A stretch of 64,000 nucleotides of DNA from Vicinamibacteria bacterium (GTDB lineage: Bacteria; Acidobacteriota; Vicinamibacteria; Marinacidobacterales; Marinacidobacteraceae), in NCBI GenBank assembly GCA_965115855.1, contig OZ220470.1, forward strand, positions 1,854,318 through 1,918,317. The letters are read 5' to 3'. The position numbers were made by a program, and so were the translations under genes. The notes beneath the pieces were generated by a model. It searched no databases, was not told the DNA's origin, and was given only the letters and a program-made list of their open reading frames with translations. Below are positions 58,104-64,000 of this stretch, in pieces (the stretch's first letter is position 1; each line of letters begins with the position of its first letter).

Positions 58104-61022
58104 ATGAGAAGATTGATTCTCTTCAGCCTGCTGCTGGCGTGGCCGGCTTCGGCGCTCAGCCAGCAGATTTACGGGCGACTCGAAGGCTCCGCCCAGGATA
58201 CGCAGGGGCTGGTTCTCCCGGGAGTGACGGTGACCCTGACCTCGGACGAGCTGGTTGCCCCGCGTGTCGCAACGACAGACGTGGACGGCTCCTACCGGTT
58301 CGCGCAGCTCACCGGCGGCAGCTACAACCTCACCTTCGAGCTCGGCGGTTTCCAGACCGTCGTCTTCGAGGACGTCACGGTGGTAGGCGGTTCGACCTTC
58401 CAGATCGACGCCTCCATGGATATCGCGACCGTCGCCGAGACGGTGACGGTGACCGGCGAATCTCCCATCGTGGACGTGAAGACCACCGGGGTTTCGGCGA
58501 CCTTCGACACCACCCAGCTTGAAGATGTCCCCTCCGCCACCGACATGTGGGCGGTCCTGCAGCAAAGCCCGGGCGTGCGGATGCGCGGGTATGACGTCGG
58601 CGGATCGCACAAGAGCCAGCAATCCGGCTACGAGACCTTCGGCGTGCGCGGCCAGAACCGGATCATCAACGACGGGGTGAACACCACCGAGGGAACCGGA
58701 GGCGCCGGGGGTTACTACGACTTCTACGCGATCGGTGAGTTCCAGGTCTCGGCCCAGGGCGCAGACGTGGAAACCAACACCCCGGGGGCTACCGTGAACG
58801 CAGTGTGGAAGAGCGGGGGCAACGAGTTCTCCGGAACCGAGCACGTGGCCTACGAGCCCGAGCAGTGGATCGCGGACAACATCACCTCCGACTTCGAGAG
58901 CCGCGGCGGCACCAGCGCCCCGGTGATCAAGTTCTACGAGTACCACCTCGATCTCGGCGGTCCGATCGTGCGCGACAAGGCCTGGTTCTACGCGGCCTAC
59001 AACCGGTTCTACATCGACCGGATCATCTCCGGCCAGGCGCGGGACGTCGCCACCGACGTGGGCGACTTCGACATGTTCACGGTGAAGGCCAACTGGCAGA
59101 TCACCGACCGGGACCAGTTCATTACCTTCCACCACTGGTCGCTGAAGCAGAAGCCGTTCCGGGGCCTCTCCGCCAACATCCCGGCGGAGTCGATCCTCGC
59201 CCAGGATTCGTGGAGCTGGCTGCACAAGGCCGAGTGGCAGCGGGTCTGGAGCGACCGGCTGTACAGCAACATCCAGGTGAACCACTTCGGGTTCGGCTGG
59301 CCGATGACTCCCGCGGTGGATCCGGCCACGAATCCGCCGCGCCTCGACTCCGGAACCAGCTTCCAGACCGGCGCCGGCTGGAGGCCCTTCACCTTCAACC
59401 GCTGGAAGCCGCACACCACCGGCCAGTTCAACTACTACCTTCCGACCGAGAGCGGCAGCCACGACTTCAAGTTCGGCTGGGACATGCAGATTGACGAGAG
59501 ACAGTTCGGCTGGAACTCCAACTCCGGCGCAGTCCGCTACCTGGACAACAGCAGCCTGGACCCGCCGCGCCCGAACAACGTCGACCAGATTCGTTTCGAG
59601 AGCTTCCCCAACTTCAACCACGACCGGAACACCCACATCGACTTCTATGTCCAGGACGTGTGGACCCTTACCGACCGGTTGACCGTGAACTTCGGCGCGC
59701 GCCTCGGAACCCAGCGGATCGGCTACCTGGCATCGAGCAATGTTCCGGGCGGCACCTGCCCGGCGGTGGTCGGCTGCATCCGCGAGATTGCCGACATCGA
59801 CGCCAACGTGGCGGCTGCGATGCCGCAGCTGTTCGGGTCCGGCGCCGAAATCGCAGCCAACAGCAATGTGATCAGCTGGTGGAACATCGCGCCACGGGTC
59901 GGTTTCACCTTCGACGCGACCGGTGAGGGCCGTTCGGTGGTGAAGGGCTACTGGGGTCGTTATTTCCACAACATGAACAGCGGTTGGCAAGCCGCCAACC
60001 CGGGCGGCAACAAGTTCGTCGTCTACGAGTTCCTCGACCAGAATCAGAACGGGTTGTTCGACGGCGTGAGCGAACTCGGTGAACGCCTCAGCGGCAGCAC
60101 CGGCGCCGGACTCGGCGAAGACTTCAGCAAGCCGCCGACCGGCGTCGGCGTGGACGATGGCACCACGCAGCCCTATGTGGACGAGGTCAGCGCCTCCTTC
60201 GAGCACCAGGCCGGGCAAGATCTCGGACTCCGCGTCTCGCTGGTGCACAAGCGGCAGACCGGTGACTACGACGAAAATCTGAATATCGCCCGGGTCGGCA
60301 CCCTGACGAACGCCAAGCAGATCCCCTGCCCGGCGACCTGCCCCGACGGGCTGGCCGGCACGAATATCACCGTGTACGACCTTCCGGACGGCGCCCCCAC
60401 GAGCCAGAACCGCGCCACCAACGTTCCGGCCGCGTGGGCTGCCTACAACTGGACCACCGTTTCGGTGGGCGTGAACCGGCGCTTCCGGGGCAACTTCTTC
60501 TGGAACGCCTACTTCGACTACCAGTGGCGGCACGAGGGCCGGGACCCGAGCGACAAGAGCAACAGCCCGCTCACCACCGATCCGATCGGGGTGGACTGGA
60601 ACTACGAGTACGGGTTCATCCCCCTGATCCAGGACGTCACCAACTGGCAGCTCAAGGCGTCCGGGCGCTACGTCGTGCCCGCGCCCTGGGAAGTCGGTCT
60701 CGCCGGCACGGCGCGCGTGGTCAGCGGGTTTCCCTGGGCGCCGCGGCTGAGCGCAGACATCGGGAATGTCGGGAGCCAGAACATCTTCCTCGACAACCTG
60801 AACAACCGCCGCTCGGACAACGTCACCATCGTGGACTTCCGGGTGGACAAGTCGCTCCCGGTGGGAGACTTCGGGACTCTCGAACTCATGGTGGACGTCT
60901 TCAATGTGCTGAACAACGCAGCGGAGACCAACTTCATCATTGATGTCGGTTCCAAGTACCGGAACACCATCGAGTGGATCCAAGGCCGCACCATCGGCCT
61001 CAGCGCCCGCTTGAGTTTCTAG
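58104..61022 (+). CDS. Second Oar-like TonB-dependent receptor, paralog of 49914-52811
   Basis: Shared blocks (GGSHKSQQS, VNTTEGTG, DLGGPIVRDKAWFY, WLHKAEWQRVWSDRLYSN); GGAGG SD. Confidence 0.93.
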   Translation: MRRLILFSLLLAWPASALSQQIYGRLEGSAQDTQGLVLPGVTVTLTSDELVAPRVATTDVDGSYRFAQLTGGSYNLTFELGGFQTVVFEDVTVVGGSTFQIDASMDIATVAETVTVTGESPIVDVKTTGVSATFDTTQLEDVPSATDMWAVLQQSPGVRMRGYDVGGSHKSQQSGYETFGVRGQNRIINDGVNTTEGTGGAGGYYDFYAIGEFQVSAQGADVETNTPGATVNAVWKSGGNEFSGTEHVAYEPEQWIADNITSDFESRGGTSAPVIKFYEYHLDLGGPIVRDKAWFYAAYNRFYIDRIISGQARDVATDVGDFDMFTVKANWQITDRDQFITFHHWSLKQKPFRGLSANIPAESILAQDSWSWLHKAEWQRVWSDRLYSNIQVNHFGFGWPMTPAVDPATNPPRLDSGTSFQTGAGWRPFTFNRWKPHTTGQFNYYLPTESGSHDFKFGWDMQIDERQFGWNSNSGAVRYLDNSSLDPPRPNNVDQIRFESFPNFNHDRNTHIDFYVQDVWTLTDRLTVNFGARLGTQRIGYLASSNVPGGTCPAVVGCIREIADIDANVAAAMPQLFGSGAEIAANSNVISWWNIAPRVGFTFDATGEGRSVVKGYWGRYFHNMNSGWQAANPGGNKFVVYEFLDQNQNGLFDGVSELGERLSGSTGAGLGEDFSKPPTGVGVDDGTTQPYVDEVSASFEHQAGQDLGLRVSLVHKRQTGDYDENLNIARVGTLTNAKQIPCPATCPDGLAGTNITVYDLPDGAPTSQNRATNVPAAWAAYNWTTVSVGVNRRFRGNFFWNAYFDYQWRHEGRDPSDKSNSPLTTDPIGVDWNYEYGFIPLIQDVTNWQLKASGRYVVPAPWEVGLAGTARVVSGFPWAPRLSADIGNVGSQNIFLDNLNNRRSDNVTIVDFRVDKSLPVGDFGTLELMVDVFNVLNNAAETNFIIDVGSKYRNTIEWIQGRTIGLSARLSF

Positions 61023-61045
61023 GTCCTTCTCCGAAACGAGGACTT

Positions 61046-61077
61046 GGCCCGCCGCCCTTCGGGGCGGCGGGCCTTTT
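61046..61077 (+). terminator. Intrinsic terminator
   Basis: 12-bp stem ggcccgccgccc/gggcggcgggcc, TTCG loop, TTTT. Confidence 0.88.
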
Positions 61078-61137
61078 GCTTTCCCTCGTTGGCCGGACGA
61101 AGCAGTCGAAGTGTGGTCGGCAGGGTGGATCCGCCGC

Positions 61138-61563
61138 TCAAACGGCGTGAATTTCGATCAGCGTCTCCAACCCGGCGAAATCCGCCGGGTTCCGAGTGAA
61201 CAGCGGCAGATCGCAAGCCAAGGCGGTCCCGCGATGAGGAGGTCGGCAAAGCGACGGCGCGTCTTCCGCCCATGGGATCGGGTCACCATGAAGACCCGGC
61301 CACCGGCACGGGCCGCCGCGCCGTCGAACGGCAACGGATCCCAATTCGAGACGACCCACAACACCCGGTCGTGACGCCGGGCGTGCTCACTCGCGGTTGT
61401 TGCGGCGTGCGGGCCTGTCGCAAGCTCGGCGAGCGTAACGGCCGAGACGGCCACCCCGTCAAGCAACGCATCGACGTCGATCCGATCCAAGTCAAATGAC
61501 CACCGACGTGTCAAGCAGACCGCGGGCGAAGGGACTCCGCGACGGCGCTTCAGGCGAGGACAT
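61138..61563 (-). pseudogene. vapC: VapC PIN toxin with two frameshifts
   Basis: MSSP...GLLDTSVVI, then +1 T (ATT-T-GAC, ~61496), DLDRID...TLAEL...LPFD...ADLLIA, then -1 (~61230), TAL...LFTRNP.DF. Confidence 0.8.
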
Positions 61564-61795
61564 CCTGGTTCACCATGGTGACCAGATCCTCCCGAAACCG
61601 GTGACGGTCGATGCGCGGCGCCCTCCGGGCCGCCGCGGCAAGCACGGCGCGGGACACGAAACACCGCGCCGGAACCGGCCTCATCTCCGCAACGGGTGTT
61701 CCGTTTCGGATAACGATCCGATGTTCGCCGGCTGGCGCCTGTCGCAGGATTGCGGGGGATTCATTGCGAAGCTGGCGTTGCGTAATGGTGCGCAT
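61550..61795 (-). CDS. Phd/YefM-family antitoxin
   Basis: MRTITQRQLRN...IRNGTPVAEMRP; overlaps the vapC start. Confidence 0.8.
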   Translation of the reverse strand: MRTITQRQLRNESPAILRQAPAGEHRIVIRNGTPVAEMRPVPARCFVSRAVLAAAARRAPRIDRHRFREDLVTMVNQDVLA

Positions 61796-62076
61796 CGCAT
61801 GGCGTCATCGTAGCTGTAGCGTCTTGTAGCACCGCAACACAGGCAGATGCCCCCTCGATTCGCTTCCCCCGATTCCCACCGCAACCGGTGGGTCCGCGCC
61901 CGCGCGCTGGTTGACCGGCAAGACCCGGACCCTCAACGGTGGATCGGGACGACGAGCTGCCCGCTCTTCTGCCCACCTGGATGGCAAACCGATGACACGG
62001 ATGGCGCACTACGCCGTCATCGGGGCGCGGGCAAACCGGACGGCTCGGCGGGCACGCCAGACCCGCGTCCTTCAAT

Positions 62077-63195
62077 CTACTCCGGGGCGCGTTCGTACTT
62101 GGTGAGGCCACCCCCCGCGAACGGACGGGAGGCCGGTCCCTCGGCCACGAAGACATTGCCGTCGGCGTCCACCGCGACCCCTTCGCCGGCCAGTCCCTGG
62201 AGGACCCGGCCCTCGCCCGGAATGTGCGGCGGGATGAATGCGGTCACGCGGTCCTCGCTGGCCGGACCGATGCGCACGCCGTTCATCCATCCGTAGTGGC
62301 TGGTCTCGTTGGACTCGGAATCGATCGCGTACAGCGTGTCGTCGTCGGTGATGAACAATCCGCTGATCCGGCCCATCTGGTGATACACATCCAGCAAATT
62401 GCCGTCCTGGTCGAAGATCTGGATTCGATGGTTGCCCCGGTCGGCGACGAAGAGGCGCCCGCGGGAATCGAATTCCAGTGCGTGCGGCGTACGGAACTGA
62501 CCCGGACGAAACCCGATGACACCCCATTCCTTGATGAAGTTGCCTTCCGCGTCGTACTTCAGGATCCGTCCGGTACGACCCTCCGGGGGGTCCGGGTTCT
62601 GACCGCTATGGCCGTCGGACACGAAGATGTCGCCGTTCGGCGCGGTGATCACATCGCACGGCTCGTAGAGCTGCCCGGGGCCGGTCCCCGGCTGGCCGGC
62701 CACGCCGAGACGCATCAGGATTTCCCCCTCGGGGCTGAACTTGATGACCTGGTGGCCCTTGGTTCCGGCCTCGTTCCCCTGGGAATCGGTCACCCATACG
62801 TTGCCGTCGTCATCCACATGGAGGCCGTGGGGAAGCACGAACAGCCCGGCGCCGAACTGGGCCAGCACCTCCCCGGTGTGACGGTCGAACTTGAGAACCG
62901 GATGCACGTCGGGGTTTTCCTCGCAACCACCGGCAAGCGCGTTCGCACCGCAGCGGTCATACGCCCAGACATGGCCGTCGGGACCGATGTCCACCCCGGC
63001 GGTGGATCCCCAGGTTCGGCCGTCGGGCAAATCGGCCCACTCGGTGATGACCACCGGGTTCGGATTCGGCAGCATCCGCTGCACCAGATCGGCGTTCCCG
63101 GACGGCATCTCCTCCTCCGGCATCGACGGAACGCCGCAGGCGAGCACCGCGGCCAGCAGGACAACAGCAAACGGGGAAAGTCTCGAGGTGCGCAT
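62077..63195 (-). CDS. NHL-repeat beta-propeller lipoprotein
   Basis: LAC lipobox; PHGLHVDDDGNVWVTD, PCDV...NGDIFVSDG, PHAL.FD..GRLFVADRGN; AAGGAG SD. Confidence 0.9.
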   Translation of the reverse strand: MRTSRLSPFAVVLLAAVLACGVPSMPEEEMPSGNADLVQRMLPNPNPVVITEWADLPDGRTWGSTAGVDIGPDGHVWAYDRCGANALAGGCEENPDVHPVLKFDRHTGEVLAQFGAGLFVLPHGLHVDDDGNVWVTDSQGNEAGTKGHQVIKFSPEGEILMRLGVAGQPGTGPGQLYEPCDVITAPNGDIFVSDGHSGQNPDPPEGRTGRILKYDAEGNFIKEWGVIGFRPGQFRTPHALEFDSRGRLFVADRGNHRIQIFDQDGNLLDVYHQMGRISGLFITDDDTLYAIDSESNETSHYGWMNGVRIGPASEDRVTAFIPPHIPGEGRVLQGLAGEGVAVDADGNVFVAEGPASRPFAGGGLTKYERAPE

Positions 63196-63269
63196 GGCAT
63201 GCTCCTTTCAGGCAGCGGGAGGCCCGAAAGCGCGAGTCTATCCGCCTCGACCGCGTAGCATCCGCAGCC

Positions 63270-64000
63270 ATGCATCGTGACGGACCGGGAACGACGCGCC
63301 CCGGGCTTTCCCGAAACCTCGGACTGGTCGGGCTCACCGCCACCGGAGTCTGTTCGATGCTGGGGGCGGCCATCCATGTCATTCCGTTCGCCATCCACCG
63401 GAGTGTCCCCGATATCGGGCCCCACGTGCTTCCGGCGTATGTCTTCGCGGCGCTGCCGGCGGTGCTGGCCGCGCTCGCCTACGCGAGCCTCGGCACCGCC
63501 ATGCCGCGCGCCGGAGGAAGCTATGTGTATGCCAGCCGGGCCCTCGGTCCCTTCTGGGGATTCGTGGCCAGCTTCTCGCAGTGGTTCGGGCTGTCGATCG
63601 CCATCGGGGTGGTCTCCTGGCTGCTGATCCCCTTCGTGCGGGACACCGCCCTCACCCTCGGCTGGAGCGGACTCGGCGCCACCCTCGACCGGGGACCGGT
63701 GCGGGTCACGCTCGCCATCCTGTTCCTGTGGACCTTCGTGCTGGTGAACATCCGGGGCCTGAAGCTCTACGAGCGCACCCTCAACCCGATGATGTTCCTG
63801 ATGTTCGGACTCGGTGCGGTGGTGATCGTGGCCGGTTTTGCCTTCGACCACGCCGATTTTGCCGCCGCCCTGCTGGCGACCGAAGGGCGCACCCTGCCGG
63901 AGCCGGCCCCCGAACCGCCGCTCCGGCTCATTCCCGGCCTGACCGCCTCGGTGCTGCTGTTCGCCACCTTCATCGGCTTCGACTCGATCGCCCAGGCCGG
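63270..64000 (+). CDS. APC-family amino acid permease, 5' part (runs off window)
   Basis: Manual translation: L.RNLGL.G..., AYASLGTAMPRAGGSYVY..RALG..WGF. Confidence 0.88.
   Translation, partial: MHRDGPGTTRPGLSRNLGLVGLTATGVCSMLGAAIHVIPFAIHRSVPDIGPHVLPAYVFAALPAVLAALAYASLGTAMPRAGGSYVYASRALGPFWGFVASFSQWFGLSIAIGVVSWLLIPFVRDTALTLGWSGLGATLDRGPVRVTLAILFLWTFVLVNIRGLKLYERTLNPMMFLMFGLGAVVIVAGFAFDHADFAAALLATEGRTLPEPAPEPPLRLIPGLTASVLLFATFIGFDSIAQA

Noticed and set aside
57990-60983. 997-aa minus ORF
   Set aside because: Antisense shadow of the second TonB receptor.

Overview
High-GC bacterial chromosomal window. The Oar-like TonB receptors, CRTAC/ASPIC proteins, futalosine pathway and LptD suggest an Acidobacteriota-like diderm; this is inference, as no database search was run. 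The middle is mostly housekeeping: yebC-ruvC-ruvA-[MutS-like]-ruvB-queA-ridA, a Liv-type ABC transporter, mqnP-ubiX-mqnE-mqnA-mqnC, tilS-ftsH-cdaA-cdaR-lepB, yggS-dinG-glyA, lptD and nfu. The standout feature is a ~4.75 kb head-to-tail array (~1428-6180) of seven near-identical cassettes. Each has an extended -10 at the repeat edge, a structured leader with an SD, an ORF for a single-TM-anchored coiled-coil protein, and a 3' inverted repeat. The seven proteins differ in length only by whole 7- or 11-residue modules, and their markers are mosaic. Other points of interest: a D-cysteine desulfhydrase-like enzyme with a lipoprotein-like signal, an ABC-ATPase + PIN pair resembling a defence module, a membrane MutS-like gene wedged between ruvA and ruvB, an SbnI/SerK-like kinase, a histone-H1-like protein, several intergenic minisatellites, repeated leaderless-type promoters, two paralogous TonB receptors and a decaying Phd-VapC locus. 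No rRNA, tRNA, CRISPR array, integrase or transposase was recognised.
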